Notes: a model not told the origin generated them from the letters alone. Positions 7,991-16,671 are shown, counted from the whole stretch's first letter. The stretch is 42,919 bases of DNA, filler included, from Candidatus Desantisbacteria bacterium CG1_02_49_89 (GCA_001871075.1; 2 parts of 2 records of this genome joined end to end with filler, not necessarily neighbours in it); one strand, 5' to 3'. Numbers and translations are program-made.

Positions 7991-9412
7991 TTACCAGATG
8001 CTCCTGCCGATTACCCGAAGTGCTGAATCGGATGGAAAGAATTTCTTGAAAATTCTGTAATATAAAAGCTCTTCCTTGTTCCTGAGCGTTAACGAATTGT
8101 CTATAATTCTTTCTTTTTCAAATTCCTTATCAGAAATCTGCGTATTTGCTGCTTTCTCCATCATTTCGTAAGAACCTGAACCCTGGGAAAATTTCTGTTT
8201 TTTTCTCCAGACTATCTCTTTGGGCAGAATGCCCTCAAATGATTTTCTCAGGATCCATTTTTCCTGCAGGTTAGCCGCGGTTTTCAAAGCGGGAGAAATC
8301 CTCAAAGCGAACCGGACAAAATCAGTGTCAAAAAAAGGTATCTTTGCCTCTATGCCGCACGCTGAAGGTATCCTGTCGCAGCGCTGGAAGCCGGTATTAT
8401 AAAGCGCAAGCAGCAGATTGGTCATTTTTATCTGCAGCTCCCTGCCTTTCAGGTTTTTCAGGAAATCATAGCCAGCGAATAATTCATCTCCCCCCTCGCC
8501 GATAAAAACGGTGTCAATGCCTTTCTCCTTCGCAAGCCGTGCAACAAGGAAATTCGGTATTGAACTGCGCACAAGCAAAGCGTCAAAAGATTCAAGGCTG
8601 TATATGACTCCGGGCAGGATTTCTTCCATGTCTTTCCTGCCGTATACGATCGTAAAATGCGGCGTCTTGAGATACTCGGCAAGCATGGATGAAAATTTCA
8701 GATCCGGGCTCCCCCTGGTCCCCGCGGACAGAAAAATTACATTCCCGAAATTTTTTTTAACGAGATAAGCGATTATGCTGGAATCTATCCCGCCGCTCAG
8801 GAATATACCAACCCGGGACTTGCCTTCCAGCCTTTTGCGCACCGCTTTTTCAAGATTTTCCCTGAGGAGCGGCATTATTTTCTCAGGCTCAGAAAGCAGC
8901 GGGGCGGCATAATGGGCGGTCCAGTGCCGGTGCAGGCCGCATTCCGAACCGATGAAATGGCCGGGGGGCAGCGAGCTGATTTCTTTGGCGGCTGCCTGCA
9001 ATGACTTTATTTCCGAGGCGAAGTATATCTTATCCCCGCACCTGCTGTAGTAAAGCGGCTTAACGCCCAGTCTGTCCCTGACCAGCATGAGGGATCCCGC
9101 GTCATAAACCGCTATTGCGTATTCCCCGTTAATGCATTTGACGAAATCATTCTTCCTCTCCCGGAACAGGGACAGCAAATCCTCGGAGCTGATCTTTCCC
9201 GCGTTTCTGCCGTAAACTTCCCCGTCGACAAGAATGCAGCCTCTCCTGTCTCTGAAAAAACTTGAATCCGGATGTATCGCAAAGCCAAGCGAGCAGCTGT
9301 CGCCGTAAAAAAACATCGCCCTTCCGCTTAGGCCCCTGTGCTCTATTTTACTGAGCATGGTCCCTAGCAGTTTCCTGCCGCCCGATTTATATATGCCCGC
9401 GATCCCCGACAT
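7991..9412 (-). CDS. Asparagine synthetase B-like ATP-dependent amide ligase (N-terminal Cys replaced by Ser)
   Basis: MSGIAG, HRG, RDRLGVKPLYY, LSGGIDSS PP-loop, GEGGDELFAGY, EKWILR, WRKK. Confidence 0.88.
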   Translation of the reverse strand: MSGIAGIYKSGGRKLLGTMLSKIEHRGLSGRAMFFYGDSCSLGFAIHPDSSFFRDRRGCILVDGEVYGRNAGKISSEDLLSLFRERKNDFVKCINGEYAIAVYDAGSLMLVRDRLGVKPLYYSRCGDKIYFASEIKSLQAAAKEISSLPPGHFIGSECGLHRHWTAHYAAPLLSEPEKIMPLLRENLEKAVRKRLEGKSRVGIFLSGGIDSSIIAYLVKKNFGNVIFLSAGTRGSPDLKFSSMLAEYLKTPHFTIVYGRKDMEEILPGVIYSLESFDALLVRSSIPNFLVARLAKEKGIDTVFIGEGGDELFAGYDFLKNLKGRELQIKMTNLLLALYNTGFQRCDRIPSACGIEAKIPFFDTDFVRFALRISPALKTAANLQEKWILRKSFEGILPKEIVWRKKQKFSQGSGSYEMMEKAANTQISDKEFEKERIIDNSLTLRNKEELLYYRIFKKFFPSDSALRVIGRSIW

Positions 9413-9436
9413 GCTGATTTCCTTTTTGGTTCAGCG

Positions 9437-9571
9437 TTATTTTTGCCGCGCGCGTTTTTTTAACTTTTGCCGCTTCGGTAAAAAACAGGAGGCCCATGTT
9501 TTACGCGTTATGCAAAAGCCTCTTTTAGAAGCAAGCCTGCATTTGACGCCGGTGTATCTGCATGTCCGCAA
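9437..9571 (-). CDS. Small basic four-cysteine protein (44 aa), putative
   Basis: GAGGAGG RBS then TTG at 9571; C-x6-C-x8-C-x8-C; lies between the riboswitch terminator and the asnB-like gene. Confidence 0.5.
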   Translation of the reverse strand: MRTCRYTGVKCRLASKRGFCITRKTWASCFLPKRQKLKKRARQK

Positions 9572-9619
9572 TGTTCCTCCTCTGCTCTTTTTATATTCTA
9601 ACGTCCTTGATATTTGCAA

Positions 9620-9705
9620 TAAAAAAAGCCGCCTGCCTGGATTCCTTTTCCAGGATAGCGGCCCGACTATCGCATTTAACCTCTGGGAATGCTGTTCCCA
9701 GACCC
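9620..9705 (-). ncRNA. Monovalent-cation riboswitch (nhaA-I / Na+-Li+ type) with intrinsic terminator, copy 1
   Basis: Minus strand GGG-TCTGGGAA/TTCCCAGA-GGTTAAAT..GATAG-TCGGGCCG-CTATC, then GCCGC..CCTGGA/TCCAGG..GCGGC-T7 overlapping P2. Class assigned from memory of the GGGU..AGGUU..GUCGGGCCG consensus. Confidence 0.75.
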
Positions 9706-9733
9706 TTGCACCTTAGCTCCAGATTCTAATTAT

Positions 9734-9762
9734 ATTATACCATATCAATTCCCTCTTGTCAA
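9734..9762 (-). promoter_or_regulatory. sigma70 promoter for riboswitch copy 1
   Basis: TTGACA, 17 bp, TATAAT with a TGG extension. Confidence 0.8.
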
Positions 9763-9866
9763 CAAAAATTTCTATTTCTGGTTAAAATTTATTATATTAT
9801 TTTCCCTAAGCTGCATCGAACCAGGTATAATCAGCCGGAAGCAATATAATGGAATCCCCGGCATAC

Positions 9867-11051
9867 CTATTCCTGCTTTGCTCCTATTTCTCCGGCTTTT
9901 TTCAGGGCAAATTTGGTACAAAGGGGGCCGAATAATTCATATATTATGCTGGTAGTCACGATGGTAGTAATAATAATTCCGCCGATTTCCGGGAATGTAG
10001 CTTTTGCGATAAGCGCTGTGCCGAGTGCAACGCCTGCCTGAGGAAGAAGCGCAAGCCCCAGATATTTCCTAACCGAATGCCCTGCGTTTGCGATCTTAGC
10101 CCCGATTGAAGCGCCCCAAATTTTACCCAGAGAACGAAAAACAATATATACCAATCCGATCATCCCCAATTTCGGCAATACGGCAATCTCAAGGCTCGCT
10201 CCCGCGAGCACAAAGAAAATTAAATACAGCGGAGAATCAATCGAATTGAGACTGTTAAAAAACTTCGAACTTTCCCTGTCTATGTTAACGAGGACTCCAC
10301 CCAGAAACATACTTGCCAGAAGAACCGAAAGGTGCAAATAGATTGCAAGCCCTGCATTTAAAAGAATAAAACCGAGGGTATATGTTAAGAGTTCAGCCTG
10401 AGTACGGATATAGCGGGAAAACCGCTTCATTGCCCATGCAATACCGCCCCCGAGGATCAGGGCGCCGAAAATCTCCAGCAGCGATAAAAATACCACCTTA
10501 ACAAGAAACAACGCTGAAAGCATGTGGAAGTGAACTGCTCGCGCGATTGCAAGGGAAATAGCAAAAATAATCAGGCACCACGCATCGTCAATAGCAACAA
10601 CGCCCAGCAGCGTATCCGTAAAGATGCCTTTCGCCCTGTATTCTCTCACCACCATAAGTGTTGCTGCCGGAGCAGTGGCAGATGCTATTGCCCCAAAAAC
10701 CAAAGAAAGATAAAATGGCTGTTTGAGTATGAGCCAGAAAGAAAGGGTAGTAAGCAACCACGATCCACACGCCTCAAGAATTGAAGTCCATAAAACAGGC
10801 CTGCCTATCCTCTTGAACGATTCCCTTGAAAAGCTCTGCCCCAGGGAAAAAGCAATGAAGCTAAGTACGATATTTGATATGAACCCCGAATTATTTATTA
10901 GTGACGGCGAAATAAGGTTAAAAATGGACGGTCCGATAAGGATCCCGATAACCAAATAAGCTGTAACGCTGGGAAATTTCATCCTCCCTATCAGCTTTGC
11001 GCTAAGCAAGCCGACGAGAAGGATAAAACTGAAACTCAGTATCGCGTTCAT
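9867..11051 (-). CDS. Cation:proton antiporter (CPA2/KefB-like)
   Basis: Many TM segments; PSVTAYLVIGILIGP, ATAPAAT, VAIDDA, FFVLAGA, PQAGVALG. Confidence 0.9.
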   Translation of the reverse strand: MNAILSFSFILLVGLLSAKLIGRMKFPSVTAYLVIGILIGPSIFNLISPSLINNSGFISNIVLSFIAFSLGQSFSRESFKRIGRPVLWTSILEACGSWLLTTLSFWLILKQPFYLSLVFGAIASATAPAATLMVVREYRAKGIFTDTLLGVVAIDDAWCLIIFAISLAIARAVHFHMLSALFLVKVVFLSLLEIFGALILGGGIAWAMKRFSRYIRTQAELLTYTLGFILLNAGLAIYLHLSVLLASMFLGGVLVNIDRESSKFFNSLNSIDSPLYLIFFVLAGASLEIAVLPKLGMIGLVYIVFRSLGKIWGASIGAKIANAGHSVRKYLGLALLPQAGVALGTALIAKATFPEIGGIIITTIVTTSIIYELFGPLCTKFALKKAGEIGAKQE

Positions 11052-11536
11052 TTAATAAGTCCCTTCTTTTCAAATATTGCCAAAAGGATATCAAATACTC
11101 CTATTATGCCCGTAAGCCTGCCTTCTTTATCGGTAACCGGCAGCCTGTCCACGGAATTTATCTTCATTGTCGTGTATGCTTTTTCAAGGGGCATATCCTC
11201 ATCCAGATGCAGGAATTTTGCGTCCATTATGTCCTGGGCTATAAAAAGCACCCCCGCGTCTTCGTCTATGTCCAGGTTGAATATGTCCACTTCTTCTTTT
11301 TCAAGGAAAGGCACTCCCTTTATGAGACTGGTCCCTTTTGTCTGAAATATTTCTATAAGGCCCCTGAAAGAAATAGTACCTATCATAATACCTTCTTTGT
11401 TAACAACGGGAACCACGGGAAACGTGTGGAAACCCCTGAATTTCTTAAGCAGTTCCTGGAGGGTTGTTCCGGGGCTTATGAAAATCACCTCTCTGTCCAT
11501 CACGTCACTGACTAAAATAGGATTATCATTATTCAT
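11048..11536 (-). CDS. CBS-domain pair protein
   Basis: VSDVM...VPVVNKEG..IGTIS and IM...RLPVTDKEGRLTGII; coupled to both neighbours. Confidence 0.9.
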   Translation of the reverse strand: MNNDNPILVSDVMDREVIFISPGTTLQELLKKFRGFHTFPVVPVVNKEGIMIGTISFRGLIEIFQTKGTSLIKGVPFLEKEEVDIFNLDIDEDAGVLFIAQDIMDAKFLHLDEDMPLEKAYTTMKINSVDRLPVTDKEGRLTGIIGVFDILLAIFEKKGLIK

Positions 11537-13163
11537 TTATTTTCCCTCTCAGAGAATCCATTCTTGCTTTTTCTGAAATTATTTTTCCCGTCTTTCCGTT
11601 TACCGCGCAGCATTTTCCGTCAATAATCATGGTCGCTATTCCGCCCTTCGCGCAGGGATTTTTTTTCAGGTGGGGCGCGTCTAACAGACCGGTCTCTATC
11701 GCGCGCGCTATGACTTCCGGGTCCGACCACGGGTTCCCGGAGCCCTTCCCCAGTTCCTTCAGCGCGCTGAGGAGTATCCCGGCTTCCTTTACCAGTTCCT
11801 TTTTCCTGCGCTGCACCCTTGAGTCGTTTGTCATATCCGGAAAATCATCAAGCGAATTATGGGCCATACCTCTGATGATCTTGCAGCTTTCTATAAGTTC
11901 CCCCGGGCTCACGATATGATGAGCTTCGCAGTAACCTACCACGTGCAGTATGTGGGGCTTAAGTGCAAGGCTCAGCAATCCGGACGCGGCAAGCTGCCCC
12001 TTCGCGATGTCCATGTCAGGCAGGAAACTTGCAAGCCCTGCGCGCACCTGGCGGAAGGAAGTGAAATTATCGTCGTGCAGCCCTTCTATCAGTTCAATCT
12101 TGGCAAGCATCTTGCCGAGATCCATCGCAGGGGAGGTACCGGGCGGCGTGTTGAACATATACTGCGAAACGTAGTATCTTGCACCGAGCTTCTTCGCGTT
12201 ATAAGCCGCCAAAAAAGCCATTGCGACCGCAAGGGAATCATGGGCGTTCCTCAGGCTCCACTGGTGGGATTCATTCACCTCAACCGGTATTCCCCGGCCT
12301 GCATACCACCTGATCGCTTCCTGATTTTCTTTTATCGCGTCGCGTATCGGCCTGTCCGAGCGTCCGTCAAGCTCGCTGTACCAGCACAGCGGAACCGCTC
12401 CCCAGGCAATGTTTATGGTCTCCTTGAGCATCTCCGCCCATTTTATAAGGTCACGCGTCCCGCTGTAGCATCGCAATAGCGGATAATTACCGCGCCTTGC
12501 CGCGTCATATATAGCGCGAAGGTCTTCGGGTTTCCTTAAAGGCACTCCTCCAGCTCCGTCCTGCCCCGGCTTCATCTCGTCCGGCCGGAAAAAACTTTCC
12601 TGAGCGTTCTGGTCAGGCCCAAGCGAAAGCACGTCCAGGACACCCGATTGCGCGATCAGGCTTGCCCCCTCAACGGTATCCTTCACGGAGGGTAGACCGA
12701 AATGATGGCGCAGGATCGGAAAAGGATAACTCTTGTTGATTCTCGATACAAGGTCCTGCGGAAATGCCTCTTCGCCCTTGTAACTGGTTTCTCCTTTAAG
12801 GTATGCCTTTATCTCGTCCAGCGGTTCGGCTCCCTCGAAAACGCGCTCAAATAATCCGCTTTTTCGCGCGGTCTCTGCGACAGCCGGAGTTCCCCCGAAA
12901 ACAATCCTTGTTCCCGAAATATCATTCTCCCGTATCTTTGCTTTTATCTGTTCAAAAAGCCTGCCCGCGACTTCCGGGTCAAGCCTGTAGCTTATCGCGA
13001 CCAGGTCAGGGCTCTCTTCTTTTATAAACCGCATTAATCCTTCAGGCGATATTGCGGAACCGAGGAATTTCGCTGTATGGCCCTCTGCTTTGCACAGATC
13101 AAGGAAATTCAGCAGTCCGGCGACGTGAATGCAGGTGCCTATGGATGCCCCTATAATCTTCAT
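11529..13163 (-). CDS. Cobalamin-binding-domain protein fused to a large putative catalytic (mutase-like) domain
   Basis: N-terminal B12-binding fold: CIHVAG (DxHxxG variant), LG, AISY, FGG; about 400-aa C-terminal region of unknown specificity. Confidence 0.75.
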   Translation of the reverse strand: MKIIGASIGTCIHVAGLLNFLDLCKAEGHTAKFLGSAISPEGLMRFIKEESPDLVAISYRLDPEVAGRLFEQIKAKIRENDISGTRIVFGGTPAVAETARKSGLFERVFEGAEPLDEIKAYLKGETSYKGEEAFPQDLVSRINKSYPFPILRHHFGLPSVKDTVEGASLIAQSGVLDVLSLGPDQNAQESFFRPDEMKPGQDGAGGVPLRKPEDLRAIYDAARRGNYPLLRCYSGTRDLIKWAEMLKETINIAWGAVPLCWYSELDGRSDRPIRDAIKENQEAIRWYAGRGIPVEVNESHQWSLRNAHDSLAVAMAFLAAYNAKKLGARYYVSQYMFNTPPGTSPAMDLGKMLAKIELIEGLHDDNFTSFRQVRAGLASFLPDMDIAKGQLAASGLLSLALKPHILHVVGYCEAHHIVSPGELIESCKIIRGMAHNSLDDFPDMTNDSRVQRRKKELVKEAGILLSALKELGKGSGNPWSDPEVIARAIETGLLDAPHLKKNPCAKGGIATMIIDGKCCAVNGKTGKIISEKARMDSLRGKINE

Positions 13164-13164
13164 C

Positions 13165-14298
13165 CTAAACGTCCTCCCCTATCGCGTATGCCCTCAGCTC
13201 TTTCACCGTCATACCCGCTATTCCGAGTTTTTCCACAGTCCTGCCTTCTTTCCAATAATCTTTTTTGTGGATGGCTGACGCGAGATATATTACCGACTTT
13301 ATAGCCGGCGTTGGCACACCAAGCATTTCCCCCACGGAAGCTATGGGAACAAGGCTGCATGGAACGTCCTCACTGATGTAGCGGCTGTTCAGCGAGCCGG
13401 GAGACAGGATCCTCTGATAGGCCGGATTTGAATGTATCATTTCGTAAAGGCTGTTTTTCTTTCCGCCGTACGAGAAGTAAAACCAGTCCTTGGCGGACAT
13501 CGCCCTCATGCCGAGAGCCGCCGCTACCGCTACCCTTTCCTCATCGAGCTTTTCCAGGACCGCGGCGACCGAGGGGGAGCAGCCGTCCACGTAAAACCGG
13601 AAACGAGGGGTTTTCAGTCCAGGCAGGCGGATGCCCAGAAATTTAAGGTCAGAAGAATTCTCCACCCATCCGGTGTTCAGGATCGTTATTGCCGGATGGA
13701 ATATCGAACCGATATTATTCAGGCTTGTCTTAAATATATCGTCTCCGGGGACAAACTGAGGAAAGGCTTCCCTGAGCGTATCCACCACTTTTGGTATATT
13801 ATGTGCGCCTATTGAAGCAACCGGGACTTCCTTTTTTATCCCGTAGATCCTAACCTCGCCGAACGCGCTTGCCCGTGAAGCGTAAAGCAGGGTTTCCGCT
13901 TCCGCGATGATTACGTCTGCGCTGCAGCCCTTTTCCTTCAATACCTGCCTGAATTCCAGGGCGCCGAACGTCCTGCCTGGGTTGAGCACGATTATCTGGC
14001 CGTTCTGCAGGTGCGGCGCGCATGCCTCCGCGATAAACCTGTGCGCCGTGGCAGGAGTCACCACCATCAGCACATCGGTGCCTGTTACGGCTTCCCCTGC
14101 GTCTGTGGTGACCATTTTAAGCTTTCCATATCCCTCGACTTTTCCCCTGACCCGTAATCTTTTGATCATTGAAAGGGAGAAGATCCTTTTTTTGCCGCGG
14201 TTGTAAAGATTAACGGGGAAACCCATTATAGCAAGGTGCCCTGCCATGGCAAGGCCGCCGTTACCCGCGCCTAATACGCAGAACTTCAATTTCTCCAC
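13165..14298 (-). CDS. NAD/NADP-dependent opine (octopine/nopaline-family) dehydrogenase
   Basis: GAGNGG Rossmann motif, LNPGRTFGALE, ETLLYASR, N.G.IFHP, FYVDG, D.ER, RYISEDVP; GTG start. Confidence 0.9.
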   Translation of the reverse strand: MEKLKFCVLGAGNGGLAMAGHLAIMGFPVNLYNRGKKRIFSLSMIKRLRVRGKVEGYGKLKMVTTDAGEAVTGTDVLMVVTPATAHRFIAEACAPHLQNGQIIVLNPGRTFGALEFRQVLKEKGCSADVIIAEAETLLYASRASAFGEVRIYGIKKEVPVASIGAHNIPKVVDTLREAFPQFVPGDDIFKTSLNNIGSIFHPAITILNTGWVENSSDLKFLGIRLPGLKTPRFRFYVDGCSPSVAAVLEKLDEERVAVAAALGMRAMSAKDWFYFSYGGKKNSLYEMIHSNPAYQRILSPGSLNSRYISEDVPCSLVPIASVGEMLGVPTPAIKSVIYLASAIHKKDYWKEGRTVEKLGIAGMTVKELRAYAIGEDV

Positions 14299-14315
14299 TT
14301 TTCATCCCCCGCAAT

Positions 14316-14398
14316 AAAAAAAACCGCCCGCCTGGTTTTTTCCAGGATGGCGGCCCGACCATCGCTCATTTAACCTCTGGGATATGGTTCCCAGACCC
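14316..14398 (-). ncRNA. Monovalent-cation riboswitch (nhaA-I / Na+-Li+ type) with intrinsic terminator, copy 2
   Basis: GGG-TCTGGGA/TCCCAGA-GGTTAAAT..GATGG-TCGGGCCG-CCATC, with a compensatory pair change versus copy 1; terminator GCCGCC..CCTGG/CCAGG..GGCGGT plus U-tract. Confidence 0.75.
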
Positions 14399-14426
14399 TC
14401 TTTCACCGCGTCCACTTTCCAATAAT

Positions 14427-14455
14427 ATTATACCACACCTGCCCTGTTTTGTCAA
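14427..14455 (-). promoter_or_regulatory. sigma70 promoter for riboswitch copy 2
   Basis: TTGACA, 17 bp, TATAAT with a TGG extension. Confidence 0.8.
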
Positions 14456-14634
14456 TAAAAAATCAGGCTTAGGCACGAAATATGAAGAGCATGCAGAAGA
14501 TAGAGCTGCCTTTATTTGAATTACCCCATGGCAAGCCGCGGGGAGCTAAATCATACTACTGATTAGAATTTTAAAAAGTGCTCCGAATTCCTTTTATTTT
14601 TCAATGCCTTTAAAAATAGTGCCTGTCCCTGCCT

Positions 14635-15579
14635 TTAAATATATTCAATCGTGCTGGGGGGTTTTGGCGTGACGTCGAAAAGCACCTTTGTCACGTCAGG
14701 AACGCTTCCGGTTATCCTCTTCTGCATTTTCTCAAGCGCGCTGAACGGTATCCTGGTCACCCCTGCCGTGATCGCGTCCCTTGAATCAACTGAGCGCACT
14801 ACCACTATCTGGCCGAAAGTCCTTTTTCCGTTTATGACCCCTGTTGCCCTGTCTTTCAGGAGCACCGCGAAAGCCTGGAACGGCTTTATCCCCGCCTTTT
14901 TGATCTCTTCTTCGACTATGACAGTCGCTTTACGCAGGGTTTCGACTCTTTCAGGCGTTACTTCACCTATAACTCTTGTCGCAAGGCCCGGGCCTGGGAA
15001 CGGCATCCTTTCGCTGTATTCCGGCTGGACACCCAGGGCCCTGGCAACCATCCTTACCTCGAACTTGTAAAGGTCTTTTATCGGCTCAAGGATTGTCAGG
15101 CCGTATTTTCTCGGGCTTATGCCTATCTGCTGCAGGATATTGTGCTGTGTTTTTATGCCCGCCTTTGTTTCCATGATGTCAGCCGCGATCGTGCCCTGTA
15201 TCATGAACGACGCCTTGCTGATCCTTACTGCCCTGCCAAGGGTTTTATAGAACGTGTCCCTGAATGCCTTTCTTTTTATTTCAGGGTCCTCGATCCCCTT
15301 AAGCGCCCTGAAGAAATCAGCCCGGACGTTCAAGATCTTAACATTAACCCCCAGCCTTGCAAGGTCCTTCTTCACCTTCCTGCCCTCATCCTGCCTCATC
15401 AGCCCGTCATCAATGAAAAGTATGACCGCCCTGCTGCCGATCGCTTTGTGCGCGAGCACCGCGCAGGTAACGCTGTCCACCCCGCCTGAAGTCGCGACAA
15501 GCGCCCTTTTGTTTCCGACCCCGGACTTGATCTCCTTTATCCTTTTCCCGATATACGCCTTTACGTTCTTTAGCCCCAT
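14635..15579 (-). CDS. guaA: GMP synthase ATP-pyrophosphatase subunit (no glutaminase domain)
   Basis: SGGVDS, DPEIKRK, QGTI..D, IKTQHN, PFPGPGLATR, DVTPKPPSTIE; 314 aa. Confidence 0.85.
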   Translation of the reverse strand: MGLKNVKAYIGKRIKEIKSGVGNKRALVATSGGVDSVTCAVLAHKAIGSRAVILFIDDGLMRQDEGRKVKKDLARLGVNVKILNVRADFFRALKGIEDPEIKRKAFRDTFYKTLGRAVRISKASFMIQGTIAADIMETKAGIKTQHNILQQIGISPRKYGLTILEPIKDLYKFEVRMVARALGVQPEYSERMPFPGPGLATRVIGEVTPERVETLRKATVIVEEEIKKAGIKPFQAFAVLLKDRATGVINGKRTFGQIVVVRSVDSRDAITAGVTRIPFSALEKMQKRITGSVPDVTKVLFDVTPKPPSTIEYI

Positions 15580-15711
15580 TGCTCCCCCTTTCTCTGCTTC
15601 TTTGCAGTTTGCAGATATTAAATTTACATTTTACATTTTACCCCCGCAGATTTTTTATGAAATCTAAACACGGGGGTCCTTTCGGGACAATTTGACTTTT
15701 GCAATAATATT

Positions 15712-16605
15712 TTATGAAAGCGTTCTACCTGTGATGCGTCTATACGCTTCAAGGTATTTTTCCGAAGTTTTTTTCACCACGTCGTCCGGAAGCCTGGGAG
15801 CCGGGGGCTGTTTGTTCCAGTTTACGCTCTCGAGCCAGTCGCGCACGAACTGCTTGTCGAACGAATCCTGCGATCTTCCGGGAGCGTAACCTTCCTTAGA
15901 CCAGAACCTGGATGAATCAGGCGTCAGGACTTCGTCTATCAGAAGCACGTCGCCGTTGGTTTTGCCGAATTCGAATTTCGTGTCCGCTATTATTATGCCC
16001 CGCTCTTCGGCGTAATCGCACGCGGCCTCGTATATCTTCAGGCTCTTTTCCTTCAGCTCTCTGCCTGCCTTCTCTCCCACTATCTCCATCATCTTTTCCT
16101 CGGCGATGTTCTGGTCGTGGCCTGTGTCCGCCTTGGTTGAGGGAGTAAAGATCGGGAACGGTATGCGCTGGGACTGTTTCATGCCTTCAGGCAGCTTTAT
16201 CCCGCATATGGACCCTTTTTCCCGGTACTCTTTCCAGCCTGAACCCGCAAGGTATCCCCGGACAACGCATTCAACCGGAAGCGGCTTTGTTTTCCTGACA
16301 AGCATGGACCTATTCTTGAGCATATCCTCGTATTCTTTCGGGATATCCGCTTTTGTTATTATCTCTGTGCTCTCCGTGGTTATTATGTGATTCGGCACTA
16401 TTTTTTTCATTAAGTCAAACCAGAAGGACGATATCATATTGAGGACAGAGCCTTTGAACGGAATGCCGTTCGGAAGCACAACGTCAAAAGCGGATATGCG
16501 GTCCGTGGCCACGATGAGAAGCATGTTCCCGGCCTCGTATACGTCCCTCACCTTTCCCTTTTTAAATTTCTTCATCGGCAGTTTCGTTTCCAGCACTATA
16601 CCCAT
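15712..16605 (-). CDS. purC: SAICAR synthetase
   Basis: GKVRDVY, TDRISAFD, ECVVRGYLAGSG, ADTKFEFG, DEVLTPDSSRFW, DKQFVRDWL. Confidence 0.97.
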   Translation of the reverse strand: MGIVLETKLPMKKFKKGKVRDVYEAGNMLLIVATDRISAFDVVLPNGIPFKGSVLNMISSFWFDLMKKIVPNHIITTESTEIITKADIPKEYEDMLKNRSMLVRKTKPLPVECVVRGYLAGSGWKEYREKGSICGIKLPEGMKQSQRIPFPIFTPSTKADTGHDQNIAEEKMMEIVGEKAGRELKEKSLKIYEAACDYAEERGIIIADTKFEFGKTNGDVLLIDEVLTPDSSRFWSKEGYAPGRSQDSFDKQFVRDWLESVNWNKQPPAPRLPDDVVKKTSEKYLEAYRRITGRTLS

Positions 16606-16671
16606 ACAATCTCCTTTTTTGACACAGATTTTCACTGTAAAAAAACTGTGTCAATCTGTGTAAATCAGTGT

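Noticed and set aside
7991-9571. Lasso peptide cluster (AsnB-like cyclase plus small peptide)
   Set aside because: The peptide has no Asp/Glu for macrolactam formation, and no B1/B2 (PqqD-like or protease) genes are nearby.
14524-14543. IS200/IS605-type end hairpin (CCCCATGGC-AA-GCCGCGGGG)
   Set aside because: A single short hairpin with no tnpA/tnpB or partner end; too little to call.
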